A program made the position numbers and the translations under genes. The notes beneath the pieces were generated by a model, which was not told where the DNA came from, did not search any database, and was given only the letters and a program-made list of their open reading frames with translations. A stretch of DNA of 63,496 nt, counting the filler, from Klebsormidium nitens (taxonomy: Eukaryota; Plantae; Klebsormidiophyceae): assembly GCA_000708835.1 (NCBI GenBank). It is 4 parts of 4 records of this genome, joined end to end, with 100 filler letters (N's around TTAATTAATTAA, not from the genome) between each part and the next. Parts side by side here need not be neighbours in the genome. Positions count along the whole stretch, not along the records: positions 1 to 29,948 come from DF237777.1; 3 more parts are not named here. The stretch is one strand, 5' to 3'. The first letter of the stretch is position 1, and each line of letters opens with the position of its first letter. Positions 1 through 11,255 of this stretch are shown in pieces.

Positions 1-170
1 AAGCCCCCTCAAACAGCGGCGTACCAAGGTCTTGCGTCTTCTTTTATACAATCTTAAAGGCCAAACCTTGGTACCTCACGGTGAACTATAACATCTTTCA
101 GAAACTCTGAGGTATGGCCGACCTTGCAGGCCTCCTCAGAATCTCTAAGGCATGGCCAACGTACTTGCAC
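1..170 (-). repeat. ~127-bp palindrome-containing repeat family, copy truncated by window edge
   Basis: Its reverse complement closely matches the units at 8852-9216 (gttrtagttcaccgtgaggtaccaag...tataaaagaagacgca...tggtacgcc.ctgtttgaggg). Perfect internal inverted repeat gtaccaaggt (21-30) / accttggtac (65-74). Confidence 0.9.
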
Positions 171-824
171 CCCTTTGCAGATCTTCTGTACGCGCGCGCT
201 GGCCGCAACAGCCTCAACCTCAACGTGTGCTACGATGCTAGCCCCCCCCGCAGCGCCCATCCATGCGAGCTGTGGCGTGCCCGAGTCGGATTGCGGCAAG
301 TCCAGCCCCGCCGCAGGCCAATTATCACTCCACAGTCGCAAACGAGTCTGAGATGTTCTGGGACTCTCGGGTCCCTTGACCAAGGGGCTGATAGGTGAGG
401 AATCTGTGTTGGACTTCGTTGTTGTTGCAAGTTGATTGGGTCACGTGCCTACGCGCTGCCAACCCGGCAACATTGAAGTCCGTGAGTTGCGGGGCACAAT
501 CATCATGTCTCGATCCGAGCAGTATATGTCACTGCAATACAGGCACCCTCCTCATGATCAGCGGGATCGAGAGCAACCCCGGGATGTCGCAGAATCCGGA
601 CACCCCAGGCGGCTCACGCGGACGGCACTTATTCACCATCCCGTCTTGGCAGGTACGTGGCAAACAACCTTTGTACAGCTGTGTCATGCACCGCTGTCGA
701 AGTTGCCTCCATGCTACTCCAAGAGCTGTTTGTCCTACCAGGATAGCAGAATCATCTCATTTTCATGATGTGAGCGAGTGCTAGAAGCATTGCGTCAAGA
801 ACTCACGCCATCATCAACGTGCAG

Positions 825-3800
825 GAGGTCCACGAAAGCAGTCGGCCAGCAGCACTTCACACTCAGTTGTTCGAGGAGTGGCAGCGGCAGGTGAGAGTGT
901 CTCGATGGACGAGTCTCAAGCATACTCGTTCGCGTGTGCTTAGGTCCGATCCAAGGGAACTGCCATCATCATGTGCACAAGTTTCAACCAAGAGAGGTCT
1001 CATTGAGGGGCACCCATTCTCATGTGCAGAGGTCTGGTCGAAGGGCAATAGTGTTCATGTGAAGAAGTCTGTTTGAGAGGCAATCGTTCTCATGTGCAGA
1101 AGTCTGATTCAGGGCCAGAAGCGTCAGCCCGCTCCACAAGCCAGCCAACTCAGTCGGGGGTGGAGCAGCCGATCGCGCTAGGATTCAGCGCGGAGGTGAG
1201 TGTCCTTGACGCTCTTCAATTGCTGCAAGGCAAATGGGCTTGAAGAGCTCGCCTTTAAGGGCCTCCTCTCTGTCCGGGTCATTGTCTAGGAAGTCCTCAA
1301 AGAGCAGACAAGGTTGTCGCTTGAGCGGCGCTCAAATCCCCCTACTAGCATGAATTTTCGAAAAAGTCATGGCCACTACAAAGCCCTCAGGTCGTCGCAT
1401 GTGCCCTTTCCGCAGAGGTGCCTGATAGCGAATGCGGCTGCATCTTGAAAGTCTGCTGCTGCCCCCAGAGTGTCTCTGTCATCGGTCGGAGTTGCCTCTT
1501 CTGTGCGCCCTTTGTCCCTAAGCTCCCTACCCAAAATTGTTGCTGCCTTGCAGGCGGGCCCCTCCTTCAGCGCCCCGCGTCCTGCTACCGATCCCCGTCC
1601 TGCTACACAGCTGGCACCTGCGGTGAGTCCGCTTGCCTGATAGTGACAGCCAGAGGCATCTTGACGATGATCTTGTCGTTCTCGACGCTGATCGAACCCT
1701 TGTCGCTTCGATTTGCGCCCTTCCAACTGACGGTCCCGCTCAGCTCTACTCTCCAAACGGCAAAGAAGTGGGAGATGAGGTACTCCAGCCAGCTCACATA
1801 GTCATAGAACTTCTCGCCTTTGTCCCATACTAGAGCGCGCTTGTTGGGCGTAATTGTCCACTGGCAGTAGTAAGAGGGGTACTTCTCCGAGAGGGAGTCG
1901 AACCCCTCACCAATGTACAAGCCCTTGATCACCTCTCGCTCGATCTTGACCGGACGCTTCTCGGAAACTGCATAAGGTAGCTTCAGGTCGTCCTGGTGGC
2001 AGTGATCGTGCACTGCATCCATTGTGGCTCTCTCCTTGGCAGTCAGGGGTCGAGAAAAGGTGAAGCGGCCGGTGAATCTGGTGTCGTAGCCCATGGTGCG
2101 ATGCCATTTGAGAGCTACAACGTTCTCCTAAGTCCGTGTATGTAACGCAGTTCTAGTGCTTGCGTGCAGGAGGTCGCAGAGGTTGCAGGCAGGAAGAGGG
2201 CAGCCTCGAGCAGGGAGAGCTCCCCGCCACCCCTTGGTACTAGGAAACGAACCGGAAGCCCAGATGAAGCGGTGAGCTGCAATCTGCGTTTATGTTCTTC
2301 AATCTTGAAGGAGGAGCTCTGGCGCCTGTTGCTTGCGCATGGTGACTGCAAGGGCTCGAGGCATGTTTGGGTTTGCCTGAGCATAAAGCATAGGCTCTGT
2401 TTCCAATGAGGCTGGGCTGGCCACCCTGGGTTTGCCACCGTCTGCAAAGCAGCTTTCCCTTGAGTTGCTTTCAAGCCTGTTCTCTTTCAAAGTAGAACCG
2501 TAGAAATCCCGGTACATGCGCCGTCGACTGCAGGCTATTTTAGGTCCCTTGCTCATGACGATCATAGCAGCAGCTTAAGCCCTTCTTTCAATTGGAGCAG
2601 CATCCCCTGCATCGTTTTGCAGGAGGTGTATTTGGCACCACCCCCAATCAAGGTAGTGTTGAGCGCAACTATGCAGCCTCCTTTGCGAGTTGGCGCGAGA
2701 GAGATCGGCTTAGTCACTTCTCATGCTGCCGTTTTCTGTTCGTAGGCTATGCGCCACGAGCCAACGTCACGCGAGCCTATTCTCTCCAAAGAACTTTTGC
2801 CTCAAGGAGAGCGTGCTACTCCTGCCTGCGCGCATGCAGAAGTGAGTGCCCCATCCTCATCATTGCTAGTAGTATCCCTCCTCGTCATATAGGTCCGAAG
2901 ATTCCTCCAAGTCTCTGACATCGTGGAGGAGAGAAGGTTGGCCCTCCTCGCCCTCACTTGCGTAGAAGCGTATCAAGAACAACGAGCTAGGACCTTCCAC
3001 GTCGAAACTGAGCCCCTGTCTCCATTGCTTGAAGACGGCCACCCAATCGAGCCTTGTCGTTCCACTGCGGCATCCAAACTGTTGACAGGCGGCCTTGAAC
3101 GCCTTCGTAACGACTTCGAAAACCAGCCTGGCTGACTTGCAAGCACCTTTTTTGTCGTTGATAATGCCGAAGAGTTCTCCGATCTGCTCGTCTGACAGGG
3201 CTTGATCTAGGTTGGCAGCCATCAGCTCGAAACCTGCTGCTACTAGTGGTGAAGCATTCCCCTAAGTGTCCGTCAACTCACCTTAGATCCCCGCTCCTTG
3301 CAGGTTGACATCGATCCAGGAAGCACGCTGCTTCCGAACCTGAAAGACCCTCCGGAGTCTGAACTGGCTGAGTTTCTCGCTGAGAGGCGGGCCCAGGCTG
3401 CAGAGGGAGGCAAAGCTGCAGCCGCATCCACACAGGTGGGGGATACCGCATTTCTAGTGAATACGGGCTTGCCTGAGCAGAAGGCATAGGCTCTGTTCCC
3501 ATTGAGACTGCCCACTAAGCACCCTGGGCTTGCCACCGTCTGCAAAGCAGTTTCCCCTGCCAGAGTTTGTGATTTGCTAAGTGAGCAGCCACTGGCCGGC
3601 ATGTCATAATGAAGACCCAAGGCCATTCCATCTGCCTTGTTGAACATTCGCTTCCGCTACCCCGCAGGAGGTTGCAGCGGATTCCGATCAAGAGGCAACG
3701 TCCTTTGGCATTGAGGAGACGTCGGGGGAGTCCAAATCCGAGGAAGAGGCCACTTTCGCGGATTTTCAAGGCATCGACGACTCCATGCAGCCCGACGCAG

Positions 3801-6800
3801 GCAACCTGGACCTGTTTCGGGCGATGGACTTGAAGGAGGAGGCAAGACGTGGGCTGGCGGCGGAGACCGTCGATGATATGCTGGCCCCCATGCGGGAGGA
3901 GATGCGGAGGAGGCAGGCTCGAGATGAAGACAACGCCCAACCGTCGACCTCTGCGTAAGTAGCTTGCTTCTAAGAATACTGTGGAAAGTCTTCGAATCCA
4001 ACCAGGGGTAAAAGCGCTCCCGCATCCCAAGTCTTTGGTTGCCACTTATGCTCACCGGTTGACTCGTGCAAAGTACTAATCACTCATCAGCAATCATGTA
4101 AAGTTATGATCGGTTAACGATCCCAAGCATCCAAGCCCGCCAAGCTCTCTGATGAGCCCCATTGAGCAAGTGGTATTTCAGATCTGCCTTGATCACTCTT
4201 ACGAAATGTTGAGTGCTCTGTTTGGTACATTCTTTGGGGCATGGCAAGCCTAAGACGCAACACAGGCTCTTCGAAGATTGCATCTTTCCAAGGCGACGCT
4301 CAACTTGCTGTAGAAGTAAAAGGCAGTTCTCTGGTACATCTTGGGGGGTATGGCAAGCTCTCCAGAGCGAGAGAGGGTCTCATTTTTGAGCACGGCACAA
4401 GCACGCACATCGTTTCCCACGTCGGTAGCTTCCTATTGCGCTGAGCCTTCGACTGACTCTAACGCTCCCCTCATGCAGCACCCCGATGTATGAGGCGGCA
4501 GTGCCCGAGCCGGCGGTGCAGTCTGACGTGCTCACGGGCAACGAGGTCTTCAAGAAGGACGACTTCCGGGTGCTACGCGTGCGAGAGCATGGCACCAACT
4601 GCTTCCATCAGGTCGGGGCCAACCCTAGGGGCCGCCTTCCTGGCCCAAAGTTCTTTATGCAGCAAGAGGCTGCGCTCCTGAACCATGAAGCGCAGGTTGC
4701 TCTGCACAAGTGGTCTGGCAAGGTCGAGAACGGGGTTAGGATTTCGTGGCGCAGCTTTGCTTCGTACCCAGATTGGGAGACAGCGCGTTCACATCTTGAG
4801 GGGAAGCATGGGTCAGTGACTGAGATCATCCAGGACGGGAAGCCCTGCAAGCCCTACCTCGACCTCGATGGAAAACACGGGCTCCCCTTCAAGCGTCAGC
4901 CAGTAGTTGGGCCAGACGGAGAGGTCGTAGAGGGCGGGGTGAGGTACTCGGTGAAGGAGGTGATTGGGATAATTGAGGAGTGGGCCACCCGCATCTTTAT
5001 GAGCTACGGCTATGAGCTGGCGCCGAGCAGCTTTGTGTGGATCGAGAGCTCCGGCCAGGCTAAATTCAGCCTCCATCTCACCATCAACCAGCTGGCGCCC
5101 CGCCAGCTCGTCTTCGGCTCCAACACCGGGGGGGCGGCCCACTTTGCGCGGCGGCTCAAGGAGAGGCTGCGCCAGTGGCATTCCAGCATCGCCGCCCTCA
5201 TCGACCTCAACGTGTACACAAAGGATCGTGAGTGGCGGACCCCGGGAAGCGCCAAGGTGGAGAGGCCGGAGAGCGTTCTGGCATGCATCAACCGGGGCCA
5301 TTCGTGGAAGGATGCCCTGGTCACCTGGTTGGAGCCCTTCGAGGTGAGCAGCATCAGAACACCGGTCACAGCATAGGTGGTCCGCCGACTCAGCCACACT
5401 TTAGTGCACTGCAGCTTCTGACGCAATCGGCAAGGCAACAAACAAAGGTCGCCCTTTCCTTCCAGAATTGAAGGATGACACTGCTCTGAGTTCGGCCACC
5501 CGTACTTCCGTTGCAGGTGCCTTCCTAGGTTTGTTGCTCGCAAATTGCTGCTCTACAGGATCGTCCCTTTGAGAGAGCTCGGCTTTTGCTGCCATCCGTC
5601 ATGTCCGTTTCATTCCCGAAAGAAGGCAGGTATAAACCGTTCAGGAAGCATCTTGGCATCCTCTCCTGCTCCTCATCTCTGTCAAATGCGCTGCAGGCCC
5701 GCAAAGAGGTCAAGGTGCCGTTCCAGCTGCCGGAGAGGCTTCACGAGAAGTTCAAAAACCCTCGAGACATGTCTGAACGGGGCACTGAGCGCAGCTCCAA
5801 GAACGAGGAGTTCGTCAAGGCCCGCATGCTGACTCTTCTCAGAGAGCGCTTGCACCCCACCGCTTACGAGGAAGGCCCCGATCGCTTCAATTACAGCGAT
5901 CGCTCGGAGCCGTGCTACACGGGTCGGATCCATGAGAACCGCCAGAATCTAACCTGCCACCTCAACCCAAACGGTAAGATCTATGCCCTATGCTTCAGCA
6001 ACAACACTGAGGGCGGGGACTCACAGTTGCCGTGTGTTAGCAGGGCGTTCTGCCTTGGAGACTTGTTCGAGGACAACATCTCGTTTGAGGCTGGCGCTGT
6101 TAAGGTGGACATGCAGCACCTTAAGCGGGTCCCAGGCGCGTCAACACCGGAGCTTGTGGCCGAAGTAGCAGCGGGTACGACGACGGCGGACGACCTGATG
6201 AAGCTGAACACATTCACTAACGAGTGAGCGACACTCTTCACAAAGCATGGCACTCCAAGTTCGTTGCATGAGGGATCTTGTCATCGATTGTTGCCAGCCT
6301 GCAGATTGGCGTTGATTATGCGGATTGCCTTTGAGCACGTGCATGCGCCCTCAACTCCAAGAGACACTCGTCTTACTTGACAACGTGCAGCATTCCTCAC
6401 TCATAATTAAGGCTCCTCGCAAAATCCCCTTGTGCCCCTCAGCAGCAACGAGGTTGACTTGTTCGCGTCCCAGGACGTGCCAGCACAGCAACGCTCGTGT
6501 TTACATTTCGCAGGTGGATCGCGGGCAAGTTTCCCCTCCTTGGCATCCGGTCAGGTGTGAACACCGGCAAGACGGTGCATTGCGGGGCGGTCTCGGACGA
6601 GCTTTATGAGCTGGTTCGGGAAGCAAGCGGCCGCCCCATGAGGACGGGCATGATCACTTACCGGGTGGCACAGGCCGAGGATCTCAAAGGGCGCTTTCAC
6701 CGCACTGCGAACTACCTCGATCTGAAGGCGGATTATGAGAACGAATGGTTCCAGGATCCGACTGATAAGCGCATTCTTCTAACAGCGCTCCAGTCTCGTG

Positions 6801-9800
6801 AGCAATTCCCGGAGATTGTAATTCAAGTCGACAGTCTTCTGAACCTTCGGCCTGATGGCATTGGTGAGGTTGCTCCGTTCGACCTCGTGATCTTGGACGA
6901 GGTGGCAAGCATCCTCGCGCATCTCTCGGCGGCGACCTTGAGAAATGGCATGGAGACTGCGGAGCTGTTCTTGGAGATTGTGCAACGAGCAAAGCGCGTG
7001 CTGGCCATGGACGACGGGTATGGGCAGCGGGAGCACGAGTTCTTCCGTCTTGCGAATGTGCCTGGAAAACTCATCATCAACACGAGAAGGGCAACGGTAG
7101 GCATCGAAACTCTCACCCACTCGGTCGTGTGTCTCAGCGCGCCCTTCGAGCTGGATTTGCTTGTCGCAAACTTGGCCATCAAAATTCTGGACGCTGAACA
7201 TCGACCAATGAAGGCTGTTTATCCTTTGGCTAGGATGGTGATGCGAGTGTCTATCTTAGTGCTTCTTCGCTTCCCCTCGTTGGTTCCTAGTCGCCCGCAC
7301 TTATGCGCTGTTGGTGACCGCTTTGCTAACATCTTGGCTTCGCCTAGCTACAGCTTCCAAAGCCTTTCTCGTTATGGCTCAGAAGGACCCCGCTCCTGGT
7401 ATGCAACGCTTTCAAGGGGCGCTGATATCGTTGAGCTCTTTCTGCGCAGGTTCCCCTTACCTTTCGCGTCTGTCAGGATGAGAGGGCGTGGCTGGAGCGG
7501 ATTGTCAGTGATCTTGCTGCTGGCAAGAACGTGGTCGTGGTCAGCATGTCTGCAAGGGTTTTAGAGCGCATCCAAGACCGGGTGATCACGCAGACCTCGC
7601 TCGGGCTCACAGAGAGCGACATTCTCATACACAGGCCCTAAGTGGGGGGGACAACACGGCTCTCTTGAGGAACGTCGCTGTGAACTGGAAGGTCCGTCTG
7701 CTCATGTACAGCCCAACCGTCGAGGCTGGCGTGAACTTCGACGAGGATTGGTTCCACACCAAATTCCTCTACATGTGCCGCAAGAGCACGACGGCTCGGG
7801 CAGCCTGGCAAGCGTCGCTGCGGGTCCGGCGAACGCAGAGCTCGCTGGTCCATTCTTTCGTCCAGGAGTCCATCTCTGTTGTGCTCGACTGTGCGCCAGT
7901 GATCCCAGCCTCCTGTCTTCACACTTATGGTCAGGTGAGCAGTCTGCTCATGGCAAACGGCGTTGCATGGCAGAGCGCACTCAAGATGCGGCTCGCATTA
8001 CCTTGCATGTTTGAGCAGCTTTAAAATTCTTCGTGAGCGCTGAGCTGTCCGTTCAGAGCTTCTGCCCAGTTGCAACTCGCTTGAGTTGGTGTCACGAGGC
8101 CTATTGGGCTGAAATCGGGGCCTCAATCTGAGCAATTGATCTGAAATTTACTCTATGAAAGTCCTTCGGGACTTCGTCCCCACACAGAAGCGCAGCCTGC
8201 TTGTGAAAACCAGAGCGTATGCTTATGACGGATCTTTCTCCACAGACTTCGACGGCGATGGCGGCGCGGACACCCGACTCAAGCGACGAGTCATCTTCGC
8301 AGGTATAGTTCGCACCATCCTACAGACCATCTCGTTCCTGCGTCATCTTGAAGTTGAGCGTATGTACAAGCTACTTGTACCGAGTTTAGCGTTCCGATTG
8401 CTTGAAGCTGAAGCTGGCACCTCGAGTCTCGGAGGGATGATGTGTCTGGATCTTTCTCCAACCACTAGGAGGGCAACCGCTTGGACGAGCAAGTTGCGGG
8501 CGGATCTTCTCTCGACCAGCCGTCGAGCCCCTACCAGCCAGCCGTGGAGGCTGCGACTTCGAAGCAGCAGCTCAAGGTAGGACATCAGGTCTCCCGTGCT
8601 TTTGGCTCTAGTGTGAATGTACAAAGTGTGAATTGCCAGAGGAAAGCGCAAATCCTTTTTCTTTGTCGTCCAGTCAAGTTAGTTCTGAGGATCACAGGGC
8701 ACGATCCGAGCACGATGTGACACGATGAGGCTGTATTCTCTTTGCGAGAACCTCTTTGGTCAGGTGAAAGATTGGCATGCGTTGCCAAGGAACTCAAAGC
8801 AACCTATGTGAGTGGGGCGCAAGGTCTGCTATGCCCTCAACATTTCGAAGGGTTGTAGTTCACCGTGAGGTACCAAGATTCGGCCTCTAATCTTGTATAA
8901 AAGAAGAAGCAGAATCATGGTACGCCTCTGTTTGAGGGATCCCTGCAAGGACGGCCATACCTCAGAGTTTCCTTCAGATGTTGTAGTTCACCGTGGCGTA
9001 CCAAGATTCGGCCTTTAAGATTGTATAAAAGAAGACGCAGATTCATGGTACGCCTCTGTTTGAGGGGCCTTGCAAGGTTGGCCATGCCTCAGAGTTTCCT
9101 TCAGATGTTGTAGTTCACCGTGAGGTACCAAGATTCGGCCTCTGAGATTGTTTATAAAGAAGTCGCAGAATCATGGTACGCCTCTGTTTGAGGGGCCCTG
9201 CAAGGTCGGCCAGGCCATGGTCTTTCTTTCCAAATCGCTCACATCAACCTTCTCGTTTGCAGCGGTCCTTCATTCCCCCACGCCGCGTCACCGTAGCGGA
9301 GACGCTGCAGTATCTACAAGCCTGCACCACCCATCAGACGGCTGCGTGGAGGCGGGTCCCTGCGCGCGCAGAGGGCTCTGCCCAACCTGTTCGGCTGATC
9401 GAGGACGGCCCCCTCTTCCGGGCCTTTGTGCACACCGAGGCGGAGCGGCAGAACTCTGACGCGCGGCTCCTTCAGGAATTCCAGCTGCAGTTGCGCGAGC
9501 TGGCCACGTGATAGAGATTGAGCAAAACGAGGAGGATTCGGGCAAGAGTAAGAAGCGGCGCGGGTTAGATCCAGAGGCTTTCAAGATCATCGAGGCGAAT
9601 GCGATCGATGAGGCGGAATATAGGCGGTTGAAGCGGTTGCGAGATGTGAAAAGGGACAGAGGGGCAGAGCACTTAGAGGTGGTTAGGTACGAGGCCTGCC
9701 AGTACTACGGCCTGAAGAACATTGACGAGCACTTCTTCAAGGAGACCCAAGCCGCCTTCAAGCCCCCGTTTTCGGAGCAGCTCGACTTCTTGAAGGTGAT

Positions 9801-10491
9801 AGTGAAGGGGAAGTTTCTTGACGAGGGGACGGTGGGTCGCAAGAGCAACGAGGTCGTCATGGTGGAGACTGCACGGACGTTGCTTCAGGACATGGGCCTT
9901 GCGCATGCATTCGACGTGGCTGGGGAGACTCGCTCGCTGCTGGAAGGCGGACTTAGAGATCGGCTGCTGAGGTCGGATCTGTTCAAAGGCCGCCCTACGT
10001 GCGCTGGTGCAAAAGCGGCAATGGGTGAGCGTGCCGTTTCTAAGATGTTTGGCATCGACTTGCCGGCACCCAGAGAGGGAAAAGCTCATCTCGACCCGGG
10101 CCAGTTCAAGACCGTAATAAATGAAGTGCTCGCGTTCATGGGCCTCAAAGTTGGGAAGCAGATCGAGGTGAAGCGTCCACGGCGAGGGAAAGGGAAGCAG
10201 AACGAGTCGGGGTCTGGAAATAGCGACTACAAGTACGAGCTGGAGCGAAAGTACGTTGTCAGGATGGCAAAGCTTGTCAAGTTGCAGTTTCGTGAAGTCC
10301 CTCGAGTCTGGCAGTATAGGGGGGAGCTGAGCCCCGCACTTCGAGAGTACCTCGACAGCGTAGATGCGAGTGACTTGGATCACCTGCTACGGAGGCCGTC
10401 TGGCCATCCGTTGTTGGAGAATCTTGCTGCGCCAGACGCATTGGGCGAGGATTGTATTATTAATCCGAGAAATAGGTTGCCGAGTGATTAG
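825..10491 (+). CDS. Multi-exon AEP/PrimPol primase - UL9-like SF2 origin-binding helicase fusion (two single-base frameshifts; possibly a pseudogene)
   Basis: Phase-consistent GT-AG chain traced by hand: 825-890, 1100-1195, 2170-2271, 2623-2652, 3304-3435, 3668-3954, 4479-5343, 5559-6223, 6514-7096, 7477-7934, (8188-8302?, 8469-8576), 9263-10491. AEP motifs KPYLDLD, FSLHL, IDLNVYTKDREWRTPGSAK. SF2 motifs GIRSGVNTGKT, VIQVDSL, LVILDEVASILAHL, YSPTVEAGVNFD..WFH. Frameshifts near 7635 and 9505. The 5' end and the 7935-9262 part are uncertain. Confidence 0.75.
985..1115 (+). repeat. ~35-bp tandem repeat (3-4 units) duplicating a splice-acceptor region
   Basis: catgtg occurs at 1021, 1056 and 1091, each followed by (c/a)aga(g/a)gtctg. 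The last unit supplies the acceptor at 1098-1099. Confidence 0.7.
1603..2094 (-). CDS. Intronless phage/giant-virus-type conserved hypothetical protein, nested antisense in intron 1196-2169
   Basis: MGYDTRFTGRFTF...YCQW...LVWDKGEKFYDYVSWLEYLISHF...LSGTVSWKG...DKGSISV resembles a phage/NCLDV hypothetical family (recognised by eye). ATG start, 163 aa. Confidence 0.8.
   Translation of the reverse strand: MGYDTRFTGRFTFSRPLTAKERATMDAVHDHCHQDDLKLPYAVSEKRPVKIEREVIKGLYIGEGFDSLSEKYPSYYCQWTITPNKRALVWDKGEKFYDYVSWLEYLISHFFAVWRVELSGTVSWKGANRSDKGSISVENDKIIVKMPLAVTIRQADSPQVPAV
2380..3560 (+). repeat. ~80-bp intronic segment present twice (about 2388-2462 and 3484-3558)
   Basis: gcataggctctgtt.cc.atgag...caccctggg.ttgccaccgtctgcaaagcag.tt.ccc occurs at both places. 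Confidence 0.8.
2866..3222 (-). CDS. Small intronless hypothetical protein nested antisense in intron 2653-3303
   Basis: 118-aa ATG-started ORF with globular-looking composition, lying wholly within a predicted intron. No family recognised. Confidence 0.5.
   Translation of the reverse strand: MAANLDQALSDEQIGELFGIINDKKGACKSARLVFEVVTKAFKAACQQFGCRSGTTRLDWVAVFKQWRQGLSFDVEGPSSLFLIRFYASEGEEGQPSLLHDVRDLEESSDLYDEEGYY
4479..5343 (+). CDS. Exon encoding the AEP (PrimPol, NCLDV-herpes clade-like) primase domain
   Basis: ORF 4486-5376 contains motif I (PYLDLDG), motif II (KFSLHL) and motif III (IDLNVY). Acceptor CAG at 4476-4478; donor GTGAGC at 5344. Confidence 0.85.
6514..7934 (+). CDS. Exons encoding the UL9/origin-binding-protein-like SF2 helicase core
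   Basis: Walker A-like SGVNTGKT, Walker B LDEV, QVDSL and YSPTVEAGVNFDEDWFH match the motif order of herpes UL9 and NCLDV origin-binding proteins. Intron 7097-7476. Confidence 0.8.
8852..9216 (+). repeat. ~127-bp tandem repeat x~2.9, intronic in the primase-helicase gene
   Basis: gttgtagttcaccg starts at 8852, 8980 and 9107. Each unit has the inverted repeat gtaccaagattc / ga(a/t)tcatggtac around an A/T-rich spacer. Confidence 0.95.
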
Positions 10492-10617
10492 ATTTCAAGA
10501 ATACTTGCTCGTGTTTGTGAATATCGGTAGGGCATAATTCTGCAATCACACGTCATACGCAAGCTGTCGTACAAATGAATGCATGTATAATTTCAAGACC
10601 TCATAGATAATAGAGAG

Positions 10618-11154
10618 TTGATGGACCGCATTCTCGACTTTCAACCGAAGAACCGTCTTGCAATCATGGATATGGATCGGGTAGTGCTCAACTCAACCAA
10701 ATCGGCAATACTGCGAGCATATCGTGAGAGTGGGGCAACTAGCATTACCTTAGATGTCGGGGCTTTGGCTGGAATTAGAGCCCTAGCACCTCCCTTCGAC
10801 ATGAGGCACATAACTCGTGAAGTCATGCGTCGATTGTGCGATGAGGGTTTTGATGCGGTATGGGACAACTCGTCTGCCAGTCTCTACACAATCCGTGTAA
10901 GTTGGCGACGCGCGCTGCGTACTTCACATATGGCAAAGAAGATGGGGCGCAATCAACACTATGTCTGCAATGCGTATAAACCAAGGCATCCGTCATTGTT
11001 GAGCAAATCACCGCGCTATGCAGAGCGGGGGTGCATGCAAGAACCTCATGTGCCGTCGGTTCGATGTCAAGAATCTATCGAAGATGTAGGCTTCGTTCCG
11101 GGTCTAGAGTACCTGGTCAATCCTGCTAAGATGAGTAAAAGCCAGCTCCAATAG
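10618..11154 (+). CDS. NCLDV-type conserved hypothetical protein (DUF5759-like pattern)
   Basis: ...PPFDMRHITREVMRRLCDEGFDAVW...IRVSW resembles the P.yd....yi...L...Gf.v....l.isW pattern of a conserved phycodna/mimivirus family. The family name is from memory and was not searched. Confidence 0.5.
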   Translation: MMDRILDFQPKNRLAIMDMDRVVLNSTKSAILRAYRESGATSITLDVGALAGIRALAPPFDMRHITREVMRRLCDEGFDAVWDNSSASLYTIRVSWRRALRTSHMAKKMGRNQHYVCNAYKPRHPSLLSKSPRYAERGCMQEPHVPSVRCQESIEDVGFVPGLEYLVNPAKMSKSQLQ

Positions 11155-11255
11155 GGCATGTGCATGCCACGAGTAAATGCGGAACGTTATCACCGAGCAG
11201 ATGATCGCTATACCTACATTGGTTGTACGGGCTGCGAGAGTTGCTGTTCTTTCTT

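Noticed and set aside
8852-9216. CRISPR array (units begin GTTGTAG, like some type II repeats)
   Set aside because: The whole 127-bp unit is conserved, with no unique spacers and no cas genes.
7630-9510. Programmed ribosomal frameshifting in the primase-helicase genes (also near 41818)
   Set aside because: The shifts are single missing bases, several in short homopolymers, with no slippery heptamer plus structure. Sequencing error or decay is more likely and cannot be resolved here.
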